Shown here piece by piece: positions 50,227 through 60,394 of a stretch of 64,000 nt of DNA. The notes under the pieces were generated by a model, which worked only from the letters and a program-made list of their open reading frames with translations, made no database searches and was not told where the DNA came from. The stretch comes from Bacteroidales bacterium (GTDB taxonomy: Bacteria > Bacteroidota > Bacteroidia > Bacteroidales > UBA7960): positions 4,200 through 68,199 of the forward strand of contig SLSZ01000018.1 of the NCBI GenBank assembly GCA_007130125.1, given 5' to 3'. Each line of letters begins with the position of its first letter. Positions within the stretch are counted from its first letter, which is position 1. A program made the translations under genes and the position numbers.

Positions 50227-52788
50227 TTAAAATTCATCAAAATCATCTATCATATCCATATCATCCCGGCCAGACCTATCACGGTCTCTGTCTCTAGCAA
50301 AGTCATGAATTCTGTAGGTAAATCCAAGAAAGATCATCCTGCTTCTTCGCTTGCGTTCACGTGTCATCTCAAAGTTGTCGCCGGTCATATTCATATTGAA
50401 TTTCTGGGTATTAAAAATATCGCTAACTCTAAGAGTAATGCTTCCTTTGTTATCCAAGACGTTATAACGCATTCCCAGATCTGCAGAATACATTTCTTCG
50501 AGCTCTCCTTGCAGCATAACTACCGGTGAACGATAATATGCTGATAATTGTGCCGAAAATTTATTATTAACTCTAAAATTATTTGTAATCCGTGCAGTCC
50601 ATGAATAGCTGTCTGCATTATACTCATCATGGTGAGTTCCGCCATCTACTATTCTATGGAAATAGCTGAAATTTCCATTCACACGCCACCAGTCAGTAAT
50701 GGTTTGAGAAGCTATCAACTCCGCTCCATAATTAACGGCATGTCCCATATTTTCCCATGTAGTGGTAGTAACACCATCTTCGTCCATAGTACGGTACCTG
50801 GATATCATCTGGTCTGTGTATCTGTAAAAAACAGATGGGTTCAATGTAGTATTCTCCCAGTATTTTGTATAACTCAACTCCAATGAATGAATATATTCGG
50901 GTAATATTTCAGGATTACCGGTACGAAGGTTATAGGGGTCGGAATACCTGGTAAAAGGATTTAAAGCCCAGCGCCTTGGGCGGCTAATCCTTTTACTGTA
51001 GCTTAATTGAGCATTCTGGTTATTTTCAAAATTGCGACGAATATGGGCACTTGGGAAAAAGCTGGAATAAGTGTTTCTAAAATCCCCATCTTCAATAACA
51101 ACCTGGTCGCCTTCAATAACGGCATGTTCTAGCCTCAATCCTGTCTGTACATTATAATTTCCAAGTGCGGTAGAATAAATACCATAGGCTGAATACCTTT
51201 GCTCATCCATAATGAAATGATCGGTACGATCCGTGTCTAATTCAAATATACCTTCGTCATGATCAAATTGATAAAAATTAAACTTATTATCACTTCCCCT
51301 GAATATTGTTTGAAAACCTACTTCAAATTTACTCTTCTCACTTAACGGATGAACATAATCGGCTTCCACCCTGAAACTATAATGATCCCCATCGTTATAT
51401 GTTTCTTCCATTATCTCTGGAAAATTTTCCAATTCGGCATGGTCATATAAAATCCTTTCAAGTGCCTCTTCCCTGTCAAAGTCACTATTCGAATATCTTA
51501 CGTCAAATTTAAAATCACGGTATTCTTCATCAAAATCCCTTTGATACCTTAGTGAATAATCAAAACCATCGCGCATCATCATGTTACTGGAAATAATATC
51601 TTCCCTGTAATCAGCAAAGCCGCCAATTAAAGGCAATCTTGAATTGGTAAAAAGATAGTCCTGAAAGTCATCGGCATTTCTTTCCCAATTACTGTATCTT
51701 GTACTAAAAGTAATAGTGTTTTTTTCGCTGAAAGTATAATCAAACCCAAGTTGTATATTGTATGTATTCATACTTCTTTCGAAATCCATATCCTGATTAT
51801 GATAAGACGTTATCATTTCTTTATCGGGATCATCCGGATCGGAAAACCAGCTTGTACGTTCAGACTTACCCCATCCTTCCATATTAAAAAACCTTCCACT
51901 GGCATTGCCAAAAAAATTAAAATTTTCACTCGGCCTGTAATTAAAATTTAAGGAGCCGCTATACCTGCTGTTGGTTCCGGCACTTAGGTTGATCATTCCA
52001 TTATATCCGGGTCTTTCTTCTTTTTTGGTAACTATATTTATAATGCCGGCAGTTCCGTCAGGGTCGTATCTCACCGAAGGATTAGTAATTACTTCTATCC
52101 GGTCAATCATTTCAGAAGGGATTTGCTCCAGAACGGCATCATCATCAAGGCCGGTTAAAGCAGATGGTTTCCCATCAACCAGTATAGTAACATTCTGGCT
52201 GCCTCTGAGGCTTATGTTGCCGTCAAAATCAACACTAACCGAAGGAATGTTTTGCATAAGCTCGAGAGCTGTTCCCCCGGCGGCTGTGAGTTCCTGGCCG
52301 ACATTAATAACCCTTCTGTCAAGTCCAACTTCCATCATTTCCCGGGTACCTTCTACCACAACTTCAGACAAATACTCAGCTGAAGGGCTTATCTCTAAAA
52401 TGCCTGCATCATAAACAGGCTCTCTTGGTGTTATCCTAATTCCATTATATTTAAAAGTGGGGTATCCGACAAACTGCACCTGTATATAATATTGTCCCGG
52501 TGGTACATCCTCAACAACAAATTTACCTTCTTCATCAGTTATAGCTCCTGTTACCATGACCGAATCCTGTTCACGGTATAATACAACACTAGCATACATC
52601 AAAGGCTGATCTGTCTGTTCATCTATCAACTCTCCTTTAACAGAGCCTATTCCCATAGACGCTCCCCCTCCTCTTTCACCACCACGTGATGGAGGCTGGT
52701 CTCCCAACATTTTGGGAGTTATCATTAAAAGTGATAATAACAGTCCGGTAAAAATTAAACTGGCAGGTAAACTAGAATTCCTATTCAT
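50227..52788 (-). CDS. TonB-dependent-receptor-like outer-membrane beta-barrel protein with an N-terminal carboxypeptidase-regulatory-like domain
   Basis: Signal peptide from the ATG at 52788, a CarbopepD_reg-like fold (GELIDEQTDQPLMYASVVLY...GKFVVEDVPPGQYYIQV), a plug-like region (VTILVDGKP, IDRIEVITNPS), and a long alternating beta region. It has an unusual acidic Arg/Asp tail, DFARDRDRDRSGRDDMDMIDDFDEF. Confidence 0.75.
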   Translation of the reverse strand: MNRNSSLPASLIFTGLLLSLLMITPKMLGDQPPSRGGERGGGASMGIGSVKGELIDEQTDQPLMYASVVLYREQDSVMVTGAITDEEGKFVVEDVPPGQYYIQVQFVGYPTFKYNGIRITPREPVYDAGILEISPSAEYLSEVVVEGTREMMEVGLDRRVINVGQELTAAGGTALELMQNIPSVSVDFDGNISLRGSQNVTILVDGKPSALTGLDDDAVLEQIPSEMIDRIEVITNPSVRYDPDGTAGIINIVTKKEERPGYNGMINLSAGTNSRYSGSLNFNYRPSENFNFFGNASGRFFNMEGWGKSERTSWFSDPDDPDKEMITSYHNQDMDFERSMNTYNIQLGFDYTFSEKNTITFSTRYSNWERNADDFQDYLFTNSRLPLIGGFADYREDIISSNMMMRDGFDYSLRYQRDFDEEYRDFKFDVRYSNSDFDREEALERILYDHAELENFPEIMEETYNDGDHYSFRVEADYVHPLSEKSKFEVGFQTIFRGSDNKFNFYQFDHDEGIFELDTDRTDHFIMDEQRYSAYGIYSTALGNYNVQTGLRLEHAVIEGDQVVIEDGDFRNTYSSFFPSAHIRRNFENNQNAQLSYSKRISRPRRWALNPFTRYSDPYNLRTGNPEILPEYIHSLELSYTKYWENTTLNPSVFYRYTDQMISRYRTMDEDGVTTTTWENMGHAVNYGAELIASQTITDWWRVNGNFSYFHRIVDGGTHHDEYNADSYSWTARITNNFRVNNKFSAQLSAYYRSPVVMLQGELEEMYSADLGMRYNVLDNKGSITLRVSDIFNTQKFNMNMTGDNFEMTRERKRRSRMIFLGFTYRIHDFARDRDRDRSGRDDMDMIDDFDEF

Positions 52789-53143
52789 GTAAATAAATGT
52801 TTTTAAATTTTTTGAAATATTTATTGTAAAAGCAACCAACAATTTAAGAGAAGGCTCGTTATTGTTTAGTTGCGCTTATAAGACAATTAATAATTGGTAA
52901 AGTTTAAATTGCTTATAATTTTTTCACATTTTTTTTGATTTGCTTTTTATGTAATTTCTTTAATAACAAACGTTAATCAAACTATTAATAATGCACTCAG
53001 CGATAAAATTATCAACAATTAAAGGATCCAAAAACAAGAATGTAACTAAACCATTGTTTATGTGTAGTTTAAAAAGACATTCATGCTGTTTGTTCTGTTA
53101 ATAAAGCGATGTATATAAAATTAAAGATTCTTTTTCTTTATTA

Positions 53144-53151
53144 TATATTTG
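53144..53151 (+). promoter_or_regulatory. candidate -7 box (TATATTTG) for parE
   Basis: TAnnTTTG match 28 nt upstream of the ATG at 53179. Confidence 0.45.
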
Positions 53152-53178
53152 CACGGCAGAAAAGTGAGAAATTATTTT

Positions 53179-55020
53179 ATGGCAGAATTTATAACATATT
53201 CAGAAGAAAGTATACGTACCCTTGATTGGAAAGAACACATCCGTATCAGGCCTGGTATGTATATCGGCAAACTTGGTGACGGAGCATCTCCGGATGACGG
53301 TATTTATGTATTGTTGAAGGAAGTGATCGATAACTCTATTGATGAGTTTGTAATGGGGTTTGGTAAAACCATAGAGGTTAAGATAGAAGATAAGTTCGTA
53401 ACTGTTAGGGACTACGGCAGGGGAATCCCTTTGGGTAAGGTTGTGGATTGTGTATCCAAAATTAATACGGGTGCCAAGTATGACAGCAAGGTATTTAAAA
53501 AAACCGTAGGTTTAAATGGCGTTGGAACAAAAGCAGTAAATGCATTATCGCATAAGTTCAACATTCAGTCCATTCGTGAAGGCAAAATTAAAGATGCAGT
53601 ATTTGAAAACGGTAAACTTATTGAAGAGTCTTTATTTGAAGCCCCATCGCAGCGCAAAGGCACAGTAGTAACCTTTATGCCTGATGAAGAAATATTTGGA
53701 AATTACCGTTTCATAGATGAGTTTGTAGAACGCTTGCTATGGAACTATGTTTTCTTAAACCGTGGGCTAACGATTTTGTTTAACGGCCAAAAGCTTTATT
53801 CTGAGAACGGGCTTGCTGACTTGCTTAACAGAAACATTGATTCCTCAACCGTTTATCCAATAGTTCATATCATTGAAGATGATTTTGAATTTGCATTTAC
53901 TCATAGTGCAACTCAATACAGTGAAGAGTTCTTTTCTTTTGTAAACGGTCAGCACACTGTGCAGGGAGGCACCCACCAAGCTGCTTTCAGAGAATCTTTT
54001 GTTAAAACGATCAGAGAATTTTACAAAAAGGATTTTGATGCAAGTGATATAAAAACATCGCTTATAGTAGCATTAAGTATAAAAATACAAGAGCCGGTAT
54101 TTGAATCTCAAACAAAAACCAAGCTAGGCTCACAGCATATTGAACCGGGAGGCCCCACTATACGCAACTACATTAGCGATATTTTGAAAAAGCGCCTTGA
54201 CAATTATTTGCACATGAATCCCGATGTTGCCGATGCATTGTTGAAAAAGATCCTGCAGTCGGAGAAAGAACGAAAAGACCTGGCAAACATCAAAAAAATC
54301 GCAAAAGAAAGAGTAAAAAAGGCAAATATACATAACAAAAAACTACGCGATTGCAAGGTTCATTACAATGACAACCATCCTCAGCGGCTTGATACTACTC
54401 TTTTTATAACAGAGGGAGATTCAGCCAGCGGGTCTATTACCAAGGCAAGAAACGTTAATACTCAAGCCGTGTTCAGCCTTAAAGGGAAACCTCTGAACTG
54501 CTATAGTTTATCGAAAAAAATTGTCTATGAAAATGAAGAGTTTAACCTTTTACAAGCTGCATTAAACATAGAAGACTCTCTCGAGTATTTACGTTATAAC
54601 AACATTGTAATAGCAACTGATGCCGATGTTGATGGTATGCATATCAGGTTATTGCTTATCACTTTTTTCCTTCAGTTTTTCCCTGATCTTGTTCGCAACG
54701 GGCACCTTTACATACTTCAAACACCACTATTCAGGGTTAGAAACAAACAAAAAACAATTTATTGTTATAGTGATAGTGAAAAATCAGCTGCAATCAACGA
54801 ACTGGGTGAAAAGGCTGAAATAACCAGGTTTAAAGGGCTCGGAGAAATATCACCTGATGAGTTTGTGAACTTCATTGGTAAAAACATCCGACTGGACCCC
54901 GTCATCTTGAGAAAAGAAAATGGTATAAGCGAAATGTTAAGCTTTTACATGGGGAAAAACACTCCGGACAGGCAGAATTTTATTATTGATAATCTGAAGT
55001 TTGACCTTGACATGATCTGA
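53179..55020 (+). CDS. parE: type IIA topoisomerase subunit B, most likely topoisomerase IV ParE
   Basis: GHKL ATPase motifs ([30 protein letters not shown]), a TOPRIM domain ([19 protein letters not shown]), and no GyrB-type insertion. The 613-aa length and [25 protein letters not shown]-terminus fit Bacteroidota ParE. I prefer the ATG at 53179 over the TTG at 53149. Confidence 0.75.
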   Translation: MAEFITYSEESIRTLDWKEHIRIRPGMYIGKLGDGASPDDGIYVLLKEVIDNSIDEFVMGFGKTIEVKIEDKFVTVRDYGRGIPLGKVVDCVSKINTGAKYDSKVFKKTVGLNGVGTKAVNALSHKFNIQSIREGKIKDAVFENGKLIEESLFEAPSQRKGTVVTFMPDEEIFGNYRFIDEFVERLLWNYVFLNRGLTILFNGQKLYSENGLADLLNRNIDSSTVYPIVHIIEDDFEFAFTHSATQYSEEFFSFVNGQHTVQGGTHQAAFRESFVKTIREFYKKDFDASDIKTSLIVALSIKIQEPVFESQTKTKLGSQHIEPGGPTIRNYISDILKKRLDNYLHMNPDVADALLKKILQSEKERKDLANIKKIAKERVKKANIHNKKLRDCKVHYNDNHPQRLDTTLFITEGDSASGSITKARNVNTQAVFSLKGKPLNCYSLSKKIVYENEEFNLLQAALNIEDSLEYLRYNNIVIATDADVDGMHIRLLLITFFLQFFPDLVRNGHLYILQTPLFRVRNKQKTIYCYSDSEKSAAINELGEKAEITRFKGLGEISPDEFVNFIGKNIRLDPVILRKENGISEMLSFYMGKNTPDRQNFIIDNLKFDLDMI

Positions 55021-55025
55021 TAAAA

Positions 55026-55823
55026 TCAGTCTAAAAGTTCAAATTTATCCCAATCCCCCGCAAACCTAAATTTTTCCCTAAAATCATCCAGGTGTTTTCT
55101 ATTCATTGTGATCGTTTCGGCTGCTTCCTCATTAGGTTTGATGTTAGACAACGTTTCTCCCGTTGGGCTTATAAGAGCCGAATCTCCTGAATGATCAACG
55201 CCTTTTCCATCTTTTCCTGTACGATTTACGCCCACCACATATGCCTGGTTTTCAATAGCACGGGCCATTAATAAAATACTCCATGGTTGGCTTCTTATGG
55301 CAGGCCAATTTGCAATGTTGATAATACAATCGTACTCAAATCCTTGTTCAGGACTGTAGTTATTTTTACACCACACCGGAAACCTCAGATCATAACATAT
55401 CAGCAACAATATTTTCCAGCCTTTATATTCCACAACTACCTTGTCTTTACCAGGTGTGAAATTTTTTGTTTCACCGGCAAAAGTGAACAAGTGTTTTTTA
55501 TCATACTTATAAAAGCTCCCATCAGGCTGCATCCAAATCATCCGGTTATAATACTTTTCATTGTCAAGTGTAGGCATGCTCCCTACCAATACACTATCTT
55601 TTTCCTTAGCCAGGTGTTTCATCCACTGAAATGTTTCACCTTTATAACTTTCAGCACAACCGGAAGGATACATAGTAAAACCTGTTGTAAACACCTCAGG
55701 TAAAACAATAATATCAGCAGGTTCAGTTATCCTGTTTATTTTTTCTTCAAACATTTCCCTGTTAGCCTTAGGATTTTCCCAATGTATGGGTGACTGTATA
55801 AGAGTAACTTTTAGATCTTGCAT
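55026..55823 (-). CDS. carbon-nitrogen hydrolase (nitrilase superfamily, omega-amidase YafV-like)
   Basis: Glu (LPEVF), Lys (YDKKHLF) and Cys (LLICYDLRFP) catalytic-triad contexts. Confidence 0.8.
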   Translation of the reverse strand: MQDLKVTLIQSPIHWENPKANREMFEEKINRITEPADIIVLPEVFTTGFTMYPSGCAESYKGETFQWMKHLAKEKDSVLVGSMPTLDNEKYYNRMIWMQPDGSFYKYDKKHLFTFAGETKNFTPGKDKVVVEYKGWKILLLICYDLRFPVWCKNNYSPEQGFEYDCIINIANWPAIRSQPWSILLMARAIENQAYVVGVNRTGKDGKGVDHSGDSALISPTGETLSNIKPNEEAAETITMNRKHLDDFREKFRFAGDWDKFELLD

Positions 55824-56968
55824 AGTACCTCCGCTGCTTTTTCGAGTGTTTCTTCTTTTTTAGCAAAACAAAATCTCAAAATATTATTATTTAAGGGTTT
55901 ATTATAAAAAGATGAAACCGGCACCGACCCAATTCTATTTTCCTTTATCAATCTTTGAGCAAATTCCATTTCTGTTTCATCAGTTATACCGGTATAGTCG
56001 AGCAATTGAAAATATGTTCCCAAACAAGGAACAATTTTAAACCGTGAATTTTTCACCAGGTTTACAAAAAAGTCGCGTTTTTCCTGGTAAAACCCGCCTA
56101 GCTCTTCATAATATGATTTATCCTTTAGAAAGTCAGCAATAGCATGTTGAATAGGGGTATTAGAACAAAACACAATAAATTGGTGGACCTTTCTGAACTC
56201 TTTCATAAGGTTTTCCGGGGCAAGGCAGTAACCTGTTTTCCAGCCTGTATTATGAAAGGTTTTACCAAATGAACATAATACCAAACTTCTTTCAGCAAGT
56301 GAAGGATACCGGCAAACACTCTGATGTTCATATCCGTCGAAAATTATATGTTCATATACTTCATCGCTAAGGATTATAATATCGGTGTTTTTTGTGATCT
56401 TTTCAAGCTGTACCATGTCCTTAGCAGTAAGAATACTTCCGGTGGGATTATGCGGTGTGTTAATTATTATCATTTTAGTACGCTGGTTAAGCAACTTACG
56501 AACCTCATCCCAATCAATGTGATAATCTGGCATCTTCAAAGGCACACAAACAGGAATACCTCCATTCAGCTTAATTGCCGGCACATAACTATCATAAGCC
56601 GGTTCAAAAACAATTACCTCGTCCTCTTCTTTAACAAATGCACTTATTGCAGTATATATTCCTTGTGTAGCACCTGCGGTTACAGTTATTTCGGTTTCAC
56701 AATTATAAGATGCTGTATACAAATCTTCGGTTTTTTCAGCTATAGCTTCACGAAGCTTCATAACACCGGCCATAGGTGCATATTGATTATAACCTTCTTT
56801 CATGTATTTGCTCACAAGCTCAATAAGTTTTGGAGAGCATTCAAAATCAGGGAATCCCTGTGAAAGGTTGATCGCATTATATTCGTTGGCCATGTTTGAC
56901 ATTACAGCAAAAACCGAAAGCCCTGTTTTAGGCAGTTTTGATGTTATATTTTCAGGAAATGGGTTCAT
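55811..56968 (-). CDS. class I/II pyridoxal-phosphate aminotransferase (YbdL/methionine-aminotransferase-like)
   Basis: NLSQGFPDF, NTPHNPTG and SFGKTFHNTGWKTGY (PLP-Lys context). It overlaps the downstream amidase gene by 13 nt. Confidence 0.8.
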   Translation of the reverse strand: MNPFPENITSKLPKTGLSVFAVMSNMANEYNAINLSQGFPDFECSPKLIELVSKYMKEGYNQYAPMAGVMKLREAIAEKTEDLYTASYNCETEITVTAGATQGIYTAISAFVKEEDEVIVFEPAYDSYVPAIKLNGGIPVCVPLKMPDYHIDWDEVRKLLNQRTKMIIINTPHNPTGSILTAKDMVQLEKITKNTDIIILSDEVYEHIIFDGYEHQSVCRYPSLAERSLVLCSFGKTFHNTGWKTGYCLAPENLMKEFRKVHQFIVFCSNTPIQHAIADFLKDKSYYEELGGFYQEKRDFFVNLVKNSRFKIVPCLGTYFQLLDYTGITDETEMEFAQRLIKENRIGSVPVSSFYNKPLNNNILRFCFAKKEETLEKAAEVLCKI

Positions 56969-57043
56969 TTTATAATACTGGCTTTTTATTTTTTAATACT
57001 CTTTCTTAAAAAAATCTTAATAAAAAAGATTATCAATTTTTAT

Positions 57044-57051
57044 TAATTTTG
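57044..57051 (+). promoter_or_regulatory. candidate -7 box (TAATTTTG) for pgk
   Basis: TAnnTTTG match 142 nt upstream of the pgk ATG. Confidence 0.35.
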
Positions 57052-57069
57052 AGTGCAATTTACAGGGCA

Positions 57070-57077
57070 CAAAATTA
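57070..57077 (-). promoter_or_regulatory. candidate -7 box (TAATTTTG) for the aminotransferase/amidase operon
   Basis: TAnnTTTG match on the minus strand, 102 nt upstream of the ATG at 56968. Confidence 0.35.
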
Positions 57078-57192
57078 TAATAAATTTAGTAATATAAGGT
57101 TGTTTATAAATTGATCTGCTAAAATGCAATAAAAGCCAATGATAAAAAAATTAATTAATTGATAAAATTGAATATTAGTAAAAAAGAAAGAG

Positions 57193-58386
57193 ATGAAAAC
57201 TATTAAAGATTTTGATTTTAAGGGAAAAAAAGCAATTGTAAGGGTTGATTTTAATGTTCCGTTAGACGGCAATTTCAACATTACAGATGACTCAAGGATA
57301 AAGGCAGCCATCCCAACCATTGAAAAGATATTAAAGGATGGTGGTTCGGTGATAGTTATGTCACACATGGGTCGCCCCAAAGAGGGTAACAAGGAAAAAT
57401 ATTCTCTAAGGCACATAGTCAAACATTTGGGCAAACTGCTTAACCGGGAGATAAAATTTGCTGATGATTGTATTGGCGACCCGGCTTTTGAAATGGCCAA
57501 AAGCTTAACCCCGGGCGATGTATTGTTACTGGAAAACCTTCGCTACTATAAGGAAGAGACTAAAGGCGACCGTGACTTTGCTAAAAAGCTGGCTTCTTTA
57601 GGTGATGTGTTTGTTAATGATGCCTTCGGTGCAGCACATCGTGCCCATGCTTCAACAACAATTATTGCAGAATTCTTTTCTAAAAACAAAATGTTTGGAA
57701 ATTTGTTTGCAAATGAGTTGGAGAGTATTAAAAAAGTGATTAGTGATATTAAAAGACCCTACATTGCAATTATTGGCGGAGCTAAAGTTTCAACAAAGAT
57801 TGACGTATTAAATAATCTCATCAACAAAGTTGATGATATTATAATAGGTGGTGGAATGATGTTTACTTTTATTAAAGCACAGGGAGGAAAAATAGGGAAC
57901 AGCCTTGTAGAAGATGACTATTTGGAAACAGCACGCGAAATATTATCTTACGCAAAAGCAAAAAATGTAAACATCCATTTACCGGCAGATTCGGTTATTG
58001 CCGATGACTTTTCAAACCATGCAAAAACAAAAACCTGCAGCAGTGACCAAATACCTGATGGTTGGATAGGGATGGATATAGGAGAAAAGGCACGTCAGCA
58101 TTTTTCATCAATTATTGAAAATGCCAAAAATGTTTTATGGAATGGGCCAATGGGCGTGACTGAAATGTCAAGCTTTGTTGCAGGTACTGAATCAATAGTA
58201 AAAGCAATGGTTAAAGCAACAAAGAATGGTGCATTTACCCTGGTGGGTGGAGGAGACTCTGTTTCAGCTATAAATCAGGTGGGAATGGCTGATAAGGTAA
58301 GCTATGTCAGTACGGGAGGCGGAGCTTTGCTGGAATATATGGAAGGTAAAGAACTGCCGGGTGTCAAAGCAATAATGGAAAGTTAA
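57193..58386 (+). CDS. pgk: phosphoglycerate kinase
   Basis: RVDFNVPL, SHMGRP, NDAFGAAHRAH, GGAKVSTKI and STGGGA. Confidence 0.97.
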   Translation: MKTIKDFDFKGKKAIVRVDFNVPLDGNFNITDDSRIKAAIPTIEKILKDGGSVIVMSHMGRPKEGNKEKYSLRHIVKHLGKLLNREIKFADDCIGDPAFEMAKSLTPGDVLLLENLRYYKEETKGDRDFAKKLASLGDVFVNDAFGAAHRAHASTTIIAEFFSKNKMFGNLFANELESIKKVISDIKRPYIAIIGGAKVSTKIDVLNNLINKVDDIIIGGGMMFTFIKAQGGKIGNSLVEDDYLETAREILSYAKAKNVNIHLPADSVIADDFSNHAKTKTCSSDQIPDGWIGMDIGEKARQHFSSIIENAKNVLWNGPMGVTEMSSFVAGTESIVKAMVKATKNGAFTLVGGGDSVSAINQVGMADKVSYVSTGGGALLEYMEGKELPGVKAIMES

Positions 58387-58417
58387 AACGAAATATTACA
58401 CATTAGAAATATGAACC

Positions 58418-58462
58418 AAAAAGGCTGAATCATTTAAATGCTTAAATAATTCAGCCTTTTTT
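58418..58462. terminator. bidirectional rho-independent terminator (pgk / minus-strand operon)
   Basis: aaggctgaat (58421-58430) / attcagcctt (58449-58458), flanked by an A-run and a T-run. Confidence 0.65.
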
Positions 58463-58493
58463 ATAAACTTATTACAAAAGAGTTATAGTAAAA

Positions 58494-58898
58494 CTATTTA
58501 TTATTCTCTTCTTTTTTTTCAATTAGCAATAAAAGATCTTCAAGAACATTTTGCAGATACTCAATGCACGATTCACTTTTAACAACATAATTATATACAC
58601 CCAACTCTTGCAATTCTGCAACAAGACTCATTTCCCGTTGAGCCGAACAAACAATAATGGGAATATCAGGATGAATGTTTTTTATTTCCTTTATTAAATC
58701 ATAACCTGTAATATCAGGCAACATAAGATCTGCAACAATAATATCAGGTTTTTCATCAAGGTTTTTCATTAACTCTTTACCTAATACAAAATTAGTTATA
58801 GAAATGTTTTTTATAGACCCCAAACATAGTTTTAAAAGCATTCCTTCTGTCTTATTGTCTTCTATAACGTATACTTTTCTTTGTTTATCACTCTTCAT
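58494..58898 (-). CDS. stand-alone response-regulator receiver (CheY-like) protein
   Basis: VYVIEDN acidic pocket, IIVADLMLPD phospho-acceptor Asp context, VCSAQ and VVKSE. No output domain. Confidence 0.85.
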   Translation of the reverse strand: MKSDKQRKVYVIEDNKTEGMLLKLCLGSIKNISITNFVLGKELMKNLDEKPDIIVADLMLPDITGYDLIKEIKNIHPDIPIIVCSAQREMSLVAELQELGVYNYVVKSESCIEYLQNVLEDLLLLIEKKEENNK

Positions 58899-58990
58899 AA
58901 AAACCTTTTATATTGTAAAACCCTTACATCTAAATTAACATATTAACTCAGTATCAATTTATAATACCTAAGGAAAGTCAAAACGTATAT

Positions 58991-59440
58991 CTAATTAACA
59001 ATAGATAACATACCCACTGCACATCCTTCCATATTGTCTTTAAACATAAAGTGCAGTTCATACCTGCCACTCATTCCAACCGGGTATTCTATATAAGGAA
59101 AGAAACGTTCGGTTTCAACATCATAAGTAGTTGCAATAAGTTGATCTCCCTGATAAAGGCTAACAATAACTTCACCTGGCTTTGTTTTATCATTACAAGA
59201 AAAAATTCTGTATGTAGTACCACGGTTTAAAATAACTTCAAATTTATAAACTCGTGGTGAGGCTCCTCTTCTTTCAGTATGTTGAACTGGGAAGCTGCGG
59301 ATGAATCTTGAATCACCTAACTTGGCATGGCATACGTCAGTGAGTTCATCACCACACTGAGCTTTGGCTTCAAAGGAATAGCCAAAAAACATCCAAGCGG
59401 CCATTGCGATAACATAAAATAATCTATTTGTCATAATCAT
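58991..59440 (-). CDS. small secreted Cys-containing hypothetical protein
   Basis: Signal peptide ending FEAKAQ. Four Cys residues and a sequence that looks beta-rich. Its ATG overlaps the upstream stop (ATGA at 59437-59440). Confidence 0.45.
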   Translation of the reverse strand: MIMTNRLFYVIAMAAWMFFGYSFEAKAQCGDELTDVCHAKLGDSRFIRSFPVQHTERRGASPRVYKFEVILNRGTTYRIFSCNDKTKPGEVIVSLYQGDQLIATTYDVETERFFPYIEYPVGMSGRYELHFMFKDNMEGCAVGMLSIVN

Positions 59441-60363
59441 TCAACTATTTTGTTTCTTATATATTCAACCTGTTGAGCAATTCCTTCAACTATTTCATCA
59501 TCTATATTCACCTCACTTCTTGAATTATCAACAACAACAACTTTATCATCAACCACTTTAGTGGTTCGTTCCTCGTAGATATACTGTATACTTACTTTAT
59601 CAAATTCTTTCTTCAAATCCAATAAATCATTGAATAGTTCTTCAAATTGTTCATCATTCCTGAAGTTGCTCATCAAAAGCAGCAAATTATCAAGAACAAC
59701 TTTCTGTTCACCTATACGCTGATGTATAAGTTCTTTGTTTGGTGGATGAATTTGCACATTTGTAGCAATATACAAACTTTCAATCCAGGTTCCGGTTGCT
59801 ATCAATACAGCTATACTACTACGGCCTTGGTTGATCAAATAGTTTGACATGCCATCAAATCCGCGATTGGTTATATACAGGACAGAATCAACATTTCGGC
59901 TACTCTCTGATAGCCTGTTAAGAGTTTCATAATCAAAAAACTGGCCTATACGCAAATCTTCCGCCAAATTTTTCACATTGCGCAAATATGAGAGAGTTGC
60001 AACAGTCCTGTCATATATGTTCATATAAACCAGGTCTGTGCCATAAACACCAAGGTTCAAAGACCTTTTAAAGTTAGTGTTATAGTTATTGATATTGGCT
60101 GTAGGATTAAGAAGATCCTGTGTATAAACCACATTTGATCTTTGCAATAATACAGTCATCTCAACAGGGTTAGGTACTGATGTTATTATTTCACCTATTG
60201 TTTCATCCGTCAATTGAATATCTTCAGAAATATCCCTGTCGGATAATAGATCTGTAGCTTCTTCCCTTCTATCAGGGGCACAGGCCATAAAAAATAATAA
60301 TATAAACCCTGATAACATTAACGATACTGTAACGGTTTTTTTTGTCATAACAGGAGTTTTCAT
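59437..60363 (-). CDS. hypothetical lipoprotein
   Basis: Lipobox FFMAC, an acidic linker, then a mostly helical-looking body. No family recognised. Confidence 0.5.
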   Translation of the reverse strand: MKTPVMTKKTVTVSLMLSGFILLFFMACAPDRREEATDLLSDRDISEDIQLTDETIGEIITSVPNPVEMTVLLQRSNVVYTQDLLNPTANINNYNTNFKRSLNLGVYGTDLVYMNIYDRTVATLSYLRNVKNLAEDLRIGQFFDYETLNRLSESSRNVDSVLYITNRGFDGMSNYLINQGRSSIAVLIATGTWIESLYIATNVQIHPPNKELIHQRIGEQKVVLDNLLLLMSNFRNDEQFEELFNDLLDLKKEFDKVSIQYIYEERTTKVVDDKVVVVDNSRSEVNIDDEIVEGIAQQVEYIRNKIVE

Positions 60364-60394
60364 AATAGTTTGGCATTACATAATACAAATATAA

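Noticed and set aside
50227-50310. Acidic Arg/Asp-rich C-terminal tail (DFARDRDRDRSGRDDMDMIDDFDEF) on the receptor-like barrel as a possible special sorting signal
   Set aside because: It still ends in an aromatic residue as normal OMPs do. I cannot distinguish a functional tail from a lineage-specific low-complexity extension without comparative data.
57075-57500. 141-aa minus-strand ORF spanning the pgk promoter and 5' end
   Set aside because: It overlaps the unambiguous pgk coding region in antisense and has no recognisable features.
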